Shown here piece after piece: positions 8,546 through 17,223 of a stretch of 64,000 nucleotides of DNA. Below the pieces are notes generated by a model. The model worked only from the letters and a program-made list of their open reading frames with translations, made no database searches and was not told where the DNA came from. The DNA comes from Spirochaetia bacterium. Its GTDB lineage: Bacteria; Spirochaetota; Spirochaetia; UBA9216. Made by a program: the position numbers and the translations under genes. Where the stretch lies: assembly GCA_963677925.2 (NCBI GenBank), contig CAXXYH010000004.1, forward strand, positions 2,240,001 to 2,304,000, given 5' to 3'. Every line of letters begins with the position of its first letter. The first letter of the stretch is position 1.

Positions 8546-9557
8546 AAAGCACCGCCAGAGATTCTTCGGGGAGCTGCAGGTTGAGAAGGTCGCCCTTACG
8601 TACTGACATATTTACCGAACTTTTTACCTGCAGTCCGTTATCCATGAGAAGCAGCTGTTCAGTTCCCCTGTATATGGCTGTTTCAACCTTAGCGCTTATT
8701 ATATTGTCTCCTTTTCCGGGAACTATCTCTATATCCTCAGGTCTGATGCCTAATTTACAGTCAATAACCGGCATCTTCTGCCTCACTTTAAACTTTCCAA
8801 GAACTGTTTTTGCTGCATATTCGCCTTCGGGGGATGCATCAATAAAATTTTCCATACCCAGGAAGTCAGCAACAAAGTGTGAGCGCGGGGTGGAGTAGAC
8901 ATCCCTTACATCGCCCATCTGCGCAACAAGGCCGTTTTTCATTACCGCCATACGGTCCGACACCGTGAGCGCCTCGGACTGGTCATGGGTAACCATTAGA
9001 AAGGTTTTTCCAAGTCTCTGCTGCAGCTGTCTCAGTTCAACCTGTACCTGGGTCCTGAGCTTCGCATCAAGTGCCGACATCGGTTCATCAAGCAGAAGAA
9101 GTTCCGGTTCATTTACCAGAGCGCGCGCCAGAGCCACCCTCTGCTGCTGTCCTCCGGAAAGCTGTTTCGGCATACGATCTCCGTAGCCGTTGAGCTGAAC
9201 CATATCAAGGCTTTTTTTTGCTTTTTCAACTGCCTCGGCCTTTGATACCTTTCTTGAAATAAGACCGAAGCAGACATTTTCAATTACGCTCATATGTGGA
9301 AAAAGAGCATAGCTCTGGAATACCGTATTTACAGGTCTTTTTTTTGCGGGGATCCCGGTAACCGGGCGGTCGTTCAGAATTATCACACCGTGATCAGGAA
9401 GTTCCAGCCCTGCTATGATCCTCAGTAAAGTTGTCTTGCCGCAGCCGGAGGGGCCGAGCAGGGTAAAGAATTCCCCTGCTTTCACTTCAATATCAACGCC
9501 TTTCAGGGCTTCTACATCCCCGAATCTTTTCTGTATCGCAAATGCTTTCAGACTCAT
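8538..9557 (-). CDS. potA: Polyamine ABC transporter ATP-binding protein
   Basis: GPSGCGKT, VFQSYALFPHM, LSGGQQQR, LLDEP. ATG 9557 has an AAGGTG RBS (the ORF track starts at 9566). Confidence 0.9.
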   Translation of the reverse strand: MSLKAFAIQKRFGDVEALKGVDIEVKAGEFFTLLGPSGCGKTTLLRIIAGLELPDHGVIILNDRPVTGIPAKKRPVNTVFQSYALFPHMSVIENVCFGLISRKVSKAEAVEKAKKSLDMVQLNGYGDRMPKQLSGGQQQRVALARALVNEPELLLLDEPMSALDAKLRTQVQVELRQLQQRLGKTFLMVTHDQSEALTVSDRMAVMKNGLVAQMGDVRDVYSTPRSHFVADFLGMENFIDASPEGEYAAKTVLGKFKVRQKMPVIDCKLGIRPEDIEIVPGKGDNIISAKVETAIYRGTEQLLLMDNGLQVKSSVNMSVRKGDLLNLQLPEESLAVLYE

Positions 9558-9676
9558 TAAGCACACCTTGGGTTATTTATTGAGAAATCAATTGCAGAAG
9601 CTGTGCCAAGTTCCGGAGATTGAGGCTGTGTACGGGAGAACTGTTAGTGTAAATAGAGTTATACAAAGGAGTTATT

Positions 9677-9716
9677 TTTTTATATATACATACACCCGTG
9701 AATGTATATATAAAAA
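9677..9716. promoter_or_regulatory. TetR/AcrR-type operator palindrome upstream of the pot-pat-agu operon
   Basis: TTTTTATATATACAT-acacccgtga-ATGTATATATAAAAA, 15-bp perfect arms. A further 12-bp palindrome TACATTAATGTA lies at 9724-9735. Located between the TetR gene and potA. Confidence 0.75.
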
Positions 9717-9752
9717 GGAAAAATACATTAATGTAAGAAGATCTTTTTCGTC

Positions 9753-10379
9753 CTACAAATCGGTGGGATTTTCAGGTATGAGTCTTATGAAAAGTTCATC
9801 CAGCAGGGATGATACTGTTCGGACATCGGGAAACATTGATTCATCAATTCCCCAGCTGTCGAGAATTCCGTCGATGAAGGTATATAGTATTATTGCAAAT
9901 GAACGGCAGTTAACATCAGAACGGATTTCACCTTTTTTCTTCAGATCCAGAAGGGTCTGCTCATAGGCGCTGATCATTGCATTCTGCTTCTTCTTTTCAT
10001 TTTCAATAATCATGTTCATCTCCTCGATATATTCCATTCTGGAGTACATTATCTGAATGAACTGGTGAAACTGGCGGTCATTTACGAAGGTGTCGAAAAA
10101 GCGGCAGAGAGCCTGTTTGAATTCGGGAAGGCTGGAGTAGGTATACGCAGCGTAGTCTTCCGGACGAACCTTGAATCTTTCAGTCAGACTGTCGTAAAGG
10201 GTAAAATACAGTTCAAACTTGTCCTTGAAATGCCAGTATACGGCACCGCGTGTCACTCCGGCCTGCTGCGCCACCTCTGCCAGGCTTGTACGTGTAACTC
10301 CGCGCCTGTAGAAGACTTCAAGCGCTGCGTCGAGTATAGCCTGTCTGGTTTTTTCTGCATCCTCTTTGGTTCTGCGCAT
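9753..10379 (-). CDS. TetR-family regulator with AcrR-like DNA-binding domain
   Basis: MRRTKEDAEKTRQAILDAA...AGVTRGAVYWHFKDK, typical of the AcrR/TtgR subfamily. Confidence 0.92.
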   Translation of the reverse strand: MRRTKEDAEKTRQAILDAALEVFYRRGVTRTSLAEVAQQAGVTRGAVYWHFKDKFELYFTLYDSLTERFKVRPEDYAAYTYSSLPEFKQALCRFFDTFVNDRQFHQFIQIMYSRMEYIEEMNMIIENEKKKQNAMISAYEQTLLDLKKKGEIRSDVNCRSFAIILYTFIDGILDSWGIDESMFPDVRTVSSLLDELFIRLIPENPTDL

Positions 10380-10504
10380 ACAGCAGATATATCCTAATTA
10401 TTAAGCTTGTACAATAGGCAGTAAAATCGTTCACATTAATCTGTCAAATTGCTAAAATGATAAATAGTTTATGAAAGATTGTACAGCCGGGAGATTTTAC
10501 GGAC

Positions 10505-11344
10505 ATGGAATATAAAATAATCAGACTTTTCAACGGTTCCGAAGCAGAACTTCAAGCATATATACCCGATCCTGATGAAGCCAGGCGGCATGAGAGGCTT
10601 CGTCCGGCAATGATCGTATGCCCCGGCGGCGGTTACAGGCTTATTGCTGGGATTGAAGGTGAGCCGGTAGCCCTTGCCTGGGCCAGGGCAGGCTATTGCT
10701 CCTTTGTACTGAAATATTCAGTGGGTATGGAAAATCCCTTTCCCCGTGCTCTGACCGAACTTGCCGCGGCGATGAAGCTTATAAGGCAGAATGCCGGAAC
10801 GTGGATGATCGACAGCGAAAATTTGAGTGTCAACGGTTTCAGCGCGGGCGGTCATCTTGCCCTGAGTCTCGGAGCCTTCTACAAGGAATCCTTCCTATGG
10901 CAGGAGCTGGAAACTGCGCCTGAAATACTGAGACCCAGGAACCTTGTCTTAAGCTATCCTTCAGTTACTGCCAGGGCAAGAGCGGATATTGCCGCCCAGC
11001 TTCCCCGGCCCAGAATGTCCGAGATTCTATGCGGAATGCCCGATCCTCCTTCTACTGAGGTTGAGAAAATGAACGTTCTCAATTATATTTCCCCTTCATT
11101 TCCTCCCTGTTTTATCTGGGGAACACAGATGGATGATATTCTGGCTTCTGCCGATTACCTGAAGCTTGCGGCAGCTGTGGATGAGGCTGGAGTAGACTGT
11201 GAGTTTCATATGTTTCAAAACGGCGGTCATGCAATGTCGCTGGGTGATGAGACTGTAAGATCCCCTGAAGAAGTTGAAAATCTCAGCCTGAAGGCCTGGT
11301 TCGATCTTGCTCTGCAATGGCTTGCGCAGCAGCGGGTAAATTGA
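10505..11344 (+). CDS. Alpha/beta hydrolase (esterase/lipase)
   Basis: CPGGGY oxyanion motif, GFSAGG nucleophile elbow, C-terminal Asp and GGH His. Confidence 0.88.
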   Translation: MEYKIIRLFNGSEAELQAYIPDPDEARRHERLRPAMIVCPGGGYRLIAGIEGEPVALAWARAGYCSFVLKYSVGMENPFPRALTELAAAMKLIRQNAGTWMIDSENLSVNGFSAGGHLALSLGAFYKESFLWQELETAPEILRPRNLVLSYPSVTARARADIAAQLPRPRMSEILCGMPDPPSTEVEKMNVLNYISPSFPPCFIWGTQMDDILASADYLKLAAAVDEAGVDCEFHMFQNGGHAMSLGDETVRSPEEVENLSLKAWFDLALQWLAQQRVN

Positions 11345-11356
11345 AATAAATAAAAT

Positions 11357-11599
11357 TCAGCCTGAGGTTTTTTCGGACTGGATTTTATTCAGAAAAACCT
11401 GATATGCCAGGATAGCTCCGGCAATTTCCGATTGCTTGAGCTCTCCGCGGCCTGCCCAGTCCTGACCTTCATAAATATAGAGGGCGTTAAGCTCATTTTT
11501 TACAGTCTCAAGTGAGAAGTCCGGCCGTTCTGCAGATGCTGCAAGTTTTTCCATGGTTTTTTCATAATTTTCGTCAAAAACAATTTCTTCGGTATTCAT
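11357..11599 (-). CDS. Small hypothetical protein (80 aa)
   Basis: ATG with a GGAG RBS. Helical, with a LYIYEGQDWAGRG motif. Fills the gap between flanking genes. Confidence 0.7.
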   Translation of the reverse strand: MNTEEIVFDENYEKTMEKLAASAERPDFSLETVKNELNALYIYEGQDWAGRGELKQSEIAGAILAYQVFLNKIQSEKTSG

Positions 11600-11673
11600 A
11601 TAGCTGTACTCCGTTAATGAAATATAATAAACCTGAGTGTTATCATCAAGGAATAACTGAGAATTGTCTTTCC

Positions 11674-11702
11674 TTGACGGAAGATGCTGAAACTCTTAAT
11701 CT
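11674..11702 (+). promoter_or_regulatory. Sigma70-type promoter of the photolyase (probably leaderless)
   Basis: TTGACG-N17-TAATCT ending 6 nt before ATG 11709. No SD sequence. Confidence 0.55.
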
Positions 11703-11708
11703 GAAACT

Positions 11709-13058
11709 ATGATTGAAACCGAAAGAGTCAAAAGGCTTAATGATAAATCTGAATCGGGAGGCCAGTTTGTAATTTACTGGATGCAGGCTGCGCAGAGAAG
11801 CAGGTACAATCAGGCTCTTGAGGCGGCTGTAATTAAATCAAACAGACTCGGTCAGCCGCTGCTGGTTGTTTTCTGTATTGATTCATCTTTTCCGGAGGCT
11901 AACTCAAGGCATTTTTATTTCATGCTGCAGGGGCTGAGTGATGTATCCCGGGCGCTGCATGATCGTGGAATCGGCTTCACTGTGATACAGGGAAGCCCTT
12001 CCGATATAATCCCTGAAATTGCAAAAAAGGCTTCGTGGCTAATTACAGATGCGGGCTATACAAGGGTTCAGAAGCTATGGCGAAAGGCTGTCGCCGGTGC
12101 AGTGGATATTCCCTTTGTGCAGGTTGCAACCGAGGCGGTTGTTCCTGTTGAAACTGCTATGCAGAAAGAAAGCTGGACAGCCGCAACGCTCAGACCCCGT
12201 ATAATGAAGCAGCTTGGTTATTTTCTTAATCCCCTGAATGAAAACGAACTGAAGAATAAATCCGCTGTAGAATCGGAGTTTGAATCATTCGATGTTTCAG
12301 ATCCGGCTGCTGCACTAGAAAAACTCGAACTTGATTTCAGTATTAGTCCTGTGGAGGGCATAGCAGGGGGACAGACTGAAGCTGACCGGGCTCTCGAGTA
12401 TTTTATCGGCAAAAGACTCGACCGCTACGATGAGTTTCAGCGTGATCCGGTCCTCGGCGGAGCATCGGGAATGAGCCCCTTCCTTCATTTCGGACAGATA
12501 TCGCCGCTTGATACAGCCCTGAGGGTGATAGAAGCCGGAAGTCCGGGCACCGACAAGTATATTGAGCAGCTGATTGTACGGCGTGAGCTCAGCATGAATT
12601 TCTGTCATTATAATCCCGAGTATGATCGATACGGAGCACTGCCTGCGTGGGCTCTAAAAACTCTTGGTGAGCATTCCGGTGATGAGCGGCCGTATCTGTA
12701 TACTTCCGCACAGCTTGAAGCGGCGGAAACGCATGACCCGTACTGGAATGCGGCTCAGATGGAAATGGTTAAAACCGGATTTATGCATAACTACATGCGG
12801 ATGTACTGGGGCAAGAAGATCCTGGAATGGATGAAATCACCTGAAGAGGCTTTCAATACAGCTGTTTACCTGAATAATAAATATCAGCTTGACGGACGCG
12901 ACCCTAACGGATTTGCCGGTGTTGCCTGGTGTTTCGGAAAGCATGATCAGGGCTGGAAGGAACGTCCTGTGTTCGGAAAGATCAGGTACATGAATGCCGC
13001 CGGCCTTAAAAGAAAGTTTGATATTGATCTTTACGTCGGCAGGGTGGAGAATATCTGA
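11709..13058 (+). CDS. phrB: Class II CPD deoxyribodipyrimidine photolyase
   Basis: YWMQAAQR, SPFLHFGQIS, THDPYWNAAQ, GFMHNYMRMYWGKKILEW, DGRDPNG. Confidence 0.93.
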   Translation: MIETERVKRLNDKSESGGQFVIYWMQAAQRSRYNQALEAAVIKSNRLGQPLLVVFCIDSSFPEANSRHFYFMLQGLSDVSRALHDRGIGFTVIQGSPSDIIPEIAKKASWLITDAGYTRVQKLWRKAVAGAVDIPFVQVATEAVVPVETAMQKESWTAATLRPRIMKQLGYFLNPLNENELKNKSAVESEFESFDVSDPAAALEKLELDFSISPVEGIAGGQTEADRALEYFIGKRLDRYDEFQRDPVLGGASGMSPFLHFGQISPLDTALRVIEAGSPGTDKYIEQLIVRRELSMNFCHYNPEYDRYGALPAWALKTLGEHSGDERPYLYTSAQLEAAETHDPYWNAAQMEMVKTGFMHNYMRMYWGKKILEWMKSPEEAFNTAVYLNNKYQLDGRDPNGFAGVAWCFGKHDQGWKERPVFGKIRYMNAAGLKRKFDIDLYVGRVENI

Positions 13059-13069
13059 AAGAAAAGCTA

Positions 13070-13098
13070 TTGAAATAGAAAGGTAAGCATATTACAAT
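13070..13098 (+). promoter_or_regulatory. Sigma70-type promoter of the cheW-recN operon
   Basis: TTGAAA-N17-TACAAT upstream of the GGAGG RBS of cheW. Confidence 0.65.
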
Positions 13099-13127
13099 AT
13101 TATCTATAGAAAACATCCGGAGGGCGC

Positions 13128-13604
13128 ATGGCAGAAAATGATCTGATACAGTTGGTCACGTTCCAGTTGGGCGATGAATTGTATGGAATTGATATAATGA
13201 ATGTCAAAGAAATACAGAAAGTTAAAGAAATAAGGGCAATCCCTAATGCGCCCATGTATGTTGAAGGTATTTTCAATCTGCGCGGTAATATAATTCCTGT
13301 AATAAATCTTCACAAAAGATTTCATATTAAAAAAGCCGAACTTAGCGAAGAAGACAAGATGCTCAGCGGATTTCTTATCATTAGCATAAACGGCCGGATG
13401 CTCGGGGTTTATATTGATAAGGTTTCAAGGGTTATGACAATCGAAAAAAGTGATATCCAGCCGCCTCCGCAGATGATAGCCGGAATAGGTACAGAATACA
13501 TACAGGGTGTAGTCAAAGAAGAAGACGGGTACCTGATCATTCTGGATATAAACCGGCTATTTGATCCTAAAGAGCTGCAGCAGCTTGGAAAGCTTAATAA
13601 CTGA
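13128..13604 (+). CDS. cheW: Chemotaxis coupling protein CheW
   Basis: LVTFQLGDELYGIDI, VEGIFNLRGNIIPVI. Confidence 0.95.
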   Translation: MAENDLIQLVTFQLGDELYGIDIMNVKEIQKVKEIRAIPNAPMYVEGIFNLRGNIIPVINLHKRFHIKKAELSEEDKMLSGFLIISINGRMLGVYIDKVSRVMTIEKSDIQPPPQMIAGIGTEYIQGVVKEEDGYLIILDINRLFDPKELQQLGKLNN

Positions 13605-13621
13605 CAGGGATAAACTACTGA

Positions 13622-14644
13622 ATGAATATATCTGTATATAAACCGTCCATCAGAAGAAAAGAAATGGACGCTGTTCTCACATGCATGGTCTCCGACCGTA
13701 TCGGTTTCGGGGAGGCCGCTTCACAGCTTGTAAAGGATCTTTCGGCATACATCGGCTGTAAGGGCGGCTTTGCATACAAAGAGTATTACAGGGCAATTTC
13801 CACAGCTCTTGAGGCTCTCGGTCTTGAACCTGGGAGCGGGATAATTGTGTCTGCTCTTGCACCTGAATTATACGAAATGGTTATCCGGGACTGCGGATTT
13901 ACCCCGGTAATCCTGGATGTTGATCCGGATACCGGCTGTCTGAGTGCTGAGCTTGCGGAGCAGAATGCCGAATCAGCTGCCGCAATTATTATGCATTACA
14001 CCATGGGTTTTGTTCCCGATGCTGAAAGGCTCCTTGGAATTGGACTTCCCGTTATTGAAGATATCTCAATGGCTCTCGGTGCCGAAATAGGCGAGGCCAA
14101 AGCAGGTTCTCTCGGCCGCTTTACCATTCTGAACATGGATGAAGACGGTATGATTACATCAGGCGGGGGCGCAGTGGTTCTATCAGGTTCAAACAAGGAC
14201 AGGGCAGCACTGAAAGCTGCTGCAGAGAAGCTTCATCCTTCAATGTTTCTTCCCGATATGAATGCTTCCCTTGCTATTGCCCAGCTGAATAATATTTCCG
14301 ACTATCTTGATGCCCGGGCTGAGATTGCTGATATTTTCGTTAAATCGGTAATGAGGTCAAAGCATAAAATCCTTATGCAGAAATCAGAAGATAAAAACGT
14401 TTACTACAGCTTTCCGGTTATTCTGGAAACCGGGCTTGCTGAAGTTGCAGCCTATGCCAGGAAGAAGAATATTCTTACTGAACCGGCGTTTGCCGGGGCA
14501 ATTGCAGCCTACTCCGATGAAGCACAGGGCAGCTGTCCCGAGGCAAAGGCTCTGCTTCTGCGCTGTGTGAATTTCCCGCTCTATCCGATGCTCGGGAAAA
14601 AGAATATCGCAGAAATCTCAAAAGTTCTGTCTTCTCTTCCGTAA
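13622..14644 (+). CDS. DegT/DnrJ/EryC1/StrS family protein, apparently lacking the PLP lysine
   Basis: Fold motifs PVILDVD, PVIEDISMALG, ITSGGG and LPLYP-like NFPLYP. The SFxxxK motif is replaced by LNMDEDG. Confidence 0.8.
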   Translation: MNISVYKPSIRRKEMDAVLTCMVSDRIGFGEAASQLVKDLSAYIGCKGGFAYKEYYRAISTALEALGLEPGSGIIVSALAPELYEMVIRDCGFTPVILDVDPDTGCLSAELAEQNAESAAAIIMHYTMGFVPDAERLLGIGLPVIEDISMALGAEIGEAKAGSLGRFTILNMDEDGMITSGGGAVVLSGSNKDRAALKAAAEKLHPSMFLPDMNASLAIAQLNNISDYLDARAEIADIFVKSVMRSKHKILMQKSEDKNVYYSFPVILETGLAEVAAYARKKNILTEPAFAGAIAAYSDEAQGSCPEAKALLLRCVNFPLYPMLGKKNIAEISKVLSSLP

Positions 14645-14663
14645 GGGGCCGGAATATCCTATT

Positions 14664-15518
14664 ATGCGGAAAGTGATTAAAAAAGCGGCAATTATAGTAA
14701 ATATGCTCAAGCCTGAAGCCAGTGAACTGGTGAAGGATATTGTAGCGTACCTTGAAACCCGCAGCATAGCATCAGCCGTTTTCGGCTATACCGGCGATCC
14801 TATTAAACCGGAAATTGATGACATTGATATTGCCTTTTCTCTCGGCGGTGACGGGACAGTCCTTTTCTGCGCGAGAATTCTGGCTGATTCTGATGTTCCG
14901 GTTTTTGCAGTAAATATCGGGAACTTCGGCTTTATAACTGAAGTGTCCAAGGATGAATGGCGGGAAACCTTCGAAGACTATCTTGAAGGCCGTCTTGGCT
15001 TAAGCCGAAGGCTCATGCTTGAAGTTGAAGTTGAGCGAAAGGGTAAGATTGTATCAAAATTTGCCTGCCTCAATGATTCGGTAATTTCAGCATACGGCAT
15101 ATCAAAGATGATCAGGCTTTCAGTTGCTCTTGATGACACTCCGCTTGGTGAATACCGGGCTGATGGAATAATTGTCTCCACTCCTACCGGCGCTACCGCC
15201 TATTCAGCTGCCGCCGGAGGGCCTCTTCTGGATCCTGAGATGGATGCTATCCTGATTAACCCGATTTGTCCGTTTACGCTCTCCAACCGTCCAATAGTTG
15301 TTCAAGCAGACCGAGAAATCAGCGTTATAGTTGAACAGGAGCAGAGGGCCCGTGTTATACTGACTATAGACGGGCAGATGGTTTTTCCTCTGAATCCGAT
15401 GGATCGAATAATCTACCGCCAGGCAGCTAAAAAGGCTCAGATTATCAGGTCCGGCCGAAGGAATTTCTATGAAATTCTTAGAAGCAAGCTGAAGTGGTCT
15501 GGAGGTCCGGATGCTTGA
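14664..15518 (+). CDS. nadK: NAD(+) kinase
   Basis: LGGDGT, GNFGFI, LND, ADGIIVSTPTGATAYSAAAGGP. Confidence 0.95.
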   Translation: MRKVIKKAAIIVNMLKPEASELVKDIVAYLETRSIASAVFGYTGDPIKPEIDDIDIAFSLGGDGTVLFCARILADSDVPVFAVNIGNFGFITEVSKDEWRETFEDYLEGRLGLSRRLMLEVEVERKGKIVSKFACLNDSVISAYGISKMIRLSVALDDTPLGEYRADGIIVSTPTGATAYSAAAGGPLLDPEMDAILINPICPFTLSNRPIVVQADREISVIVEQEQRARVILTIDGQMVFPLNPMDRIIYRQAAKKAQIIRSGRRNFYEILRSKLKWSGGPDA

Positions 15519-17223
15519 GGTTATAAACATCAGAAATTACGCTCTTGCAGAAAATCTCTCAGTTGAATTTCATGAGGGGCTTAATATTCTGTCCGGGGAA
15601 ACCGGTTCAGGAAAATCGGTTATTATCGGGGCTCTCGGCCTTGTCCTGGGCGAAAAAGGTGATTCCGGAGTTATCAGGACCGGCACTGATGAAACCGAAG
15701 TTTCTGCTGTTGTAAATCTTGAAGGGAATACCGAAGCCCTGGAGTGGCTTGAATCCAGGGCAATTGAACCTGACGACGGCAGTATTATCCTCCGCAGAAT
15801 CCTTAAAAGTACCGGCCGGGGAAGCATTTTTATTCAGTCTGTTCCGGTAACCAGAAATGATATTGCCGAGTTTACATCGCTTCTTTTTGATATCCATGGA
15901 CAGCATGAGCATCAGTCCCTTCTTTCCGCGGACAAGCATCTTAAGCTTCTCGATCTGTACGGCGGAACTCAGGAGCTTGCGTCCGGCCTTCGGGATGATT
16001 TTACCGAGCTTTCCGCTGTAAAAAAGGAATACCAGAGTCTTGTCTCCGACGAGAGGGAAATGCTTCGTGAAGCAGAGCTTGCCGAATTTGCGGTACGTGA
16101 GATTGAAGCTGCCGGACTTAAACCCGGCGAGATAGAAGCTCTTGAAACCGAACACAGTATGCTCTCGCAGGCTGAGAAGCTGTTTATCTACTTTGAGGAT
16201 ATCCACAGGGGCTTGAGCAGCGGAAGCGGCGCAATGGGCGGACTGCGGAAAGCGCTTGATGCTCTAAGGGAAATAAGCAGGATCAATCCTGAGTTTGCTG
16301 AATATACCGGCAGGCTTGAAAATATATATTATGAAACTGAAGACATTCAGAACAGTGTGGAATCCTACCGGTCAGATTTTGATTTCAGCCCGCAGAGACT
16401 GGAAGCCTGTGAAACCAGGCTTTCCGACATCCTTAAGCTGAAAAAGAAATACGGCGATACCGAGGAGGAGATTCTCGAATTTCTCGAAACAAGCCGGAGG
16501 CGGATTGACAGCATAGAGAATCGGGAGGAGCTTAAAGCCGAATACGGTGAAAAAGTTTCAGTGCTTGAAAAGAAAGTCCTTGCAAGCGCCTCGGAACTTT
16601 CGTCACAACGGAAAAAGAGTGCTCTGGCACTTCAAAAAGCTATCCAGCAGCAGCTTAAAGCCCTGGGTATGCCCAAAGCCGAGTTTTCTGTTTCAGTTGA
16701 ACCCCGGCTCGGAGTAAACGGCAAGCCGGCCTGCGGTCCGCAGGGCTATGACCAGGTAGAGTTCATGATCGCCCCCAATCAGGGTGAAACTGCAAAAAAA
16801 CTGCGAAGTATAGCCTCCGGAGGAGAAATTTCACGCGTAATGCTTGCAATTAAGTCAATTCTTGCCGAAATTGATAATATAAGCTGTCTTGTCTTTGATG
16901 AGATTGATGCCGGAATCGGCGGTGAAATTGCTGTAGCTGTGGGAGAGCATCTGCATAAATTATCTTTATGCAAGCAGATTATCTGCATTACACATCTTGC
17001 CTCCATCGGTGTCCGAGCGGATAACCACATCAAAGTAAGCAAGATTACAAGAGACGGTCGAACTTTTACCGAGATCAGCAGGATTGAAGGTGAGGAACAA
17101 ATCACTGAAATAGCCAGAATGCTTTCCGGTGACAGTAACGAGGATGCATCGCTCCAGCATGCAAGGCAGCTTCTGGATAAGTACAGCAGCATTGAAGGAA
17201 TAGGAACCTGTGGGAAAGATTAG
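15511..17223 (+). CDS. recN: DNA repair protein RecN
   Basis: GETGSGKS, DIHGQHEHQ, coiled coil, ASGGE, FDEIDAGIGG, CITH. Confidence 0.96.
   Translation: MLEVINIRNYALAENLSVEFHEGLNILSGETGSGKSVIIGALGLVLGEKGDSGVIRTGTDETEVSAVVNLEGNTEALEWLESRAIEPDDGSIILRRILKSTGRGSIFIQSVPVTRNDIAEFTSLLFDIHGQHEHQSLLSADKHLKLLDLYGGTQELASGLRDDFTELSAVKKEYQSLVSDEREMLREAELAEFAVREIEAAGLKPGEIEALETEHSMLSQAEKLFIYFEDIHRGLSSGSGAMGGLRKALDALREISRINPEFAEYTGRLENIYYETEDIQNSVESYRSDFDFSPQRLEACETRLSDILKLKKKYGDTEEEILEFLETSRRRIDSIENREELKAEYGEKVSVLEKKVLASASELSSQRKKSALALQKAIQQQLKALGMPKAEFSVSVEPRLGVNGKPACGPQGYDQVEFMIAPNQGETAKKLRSIASGGEISRVMLAIKSILAEIDNISCLVFDEIDAGIGGEIAVAVGEHLHKLSLCKQIICITHLASIGVRADNHIKVSKITRDGRTFTEISRIEGEEQITEIARMLSGDSNEDASLQHARQLLDKYSSIEGIGTCGKD

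Noticed and set aside
15607-16206. Long antisense or alternate-frame ORFs (also 20201-20944, 39674-40336, 44932-45537, 46395-46955, 48465-49010, 2946-3494, 9415-9966)
   Set aside because: They shadow well-supported genes, show the Ser/Phe/Ile-rich composition expected for antisense frames, and have no recognisable motifs.
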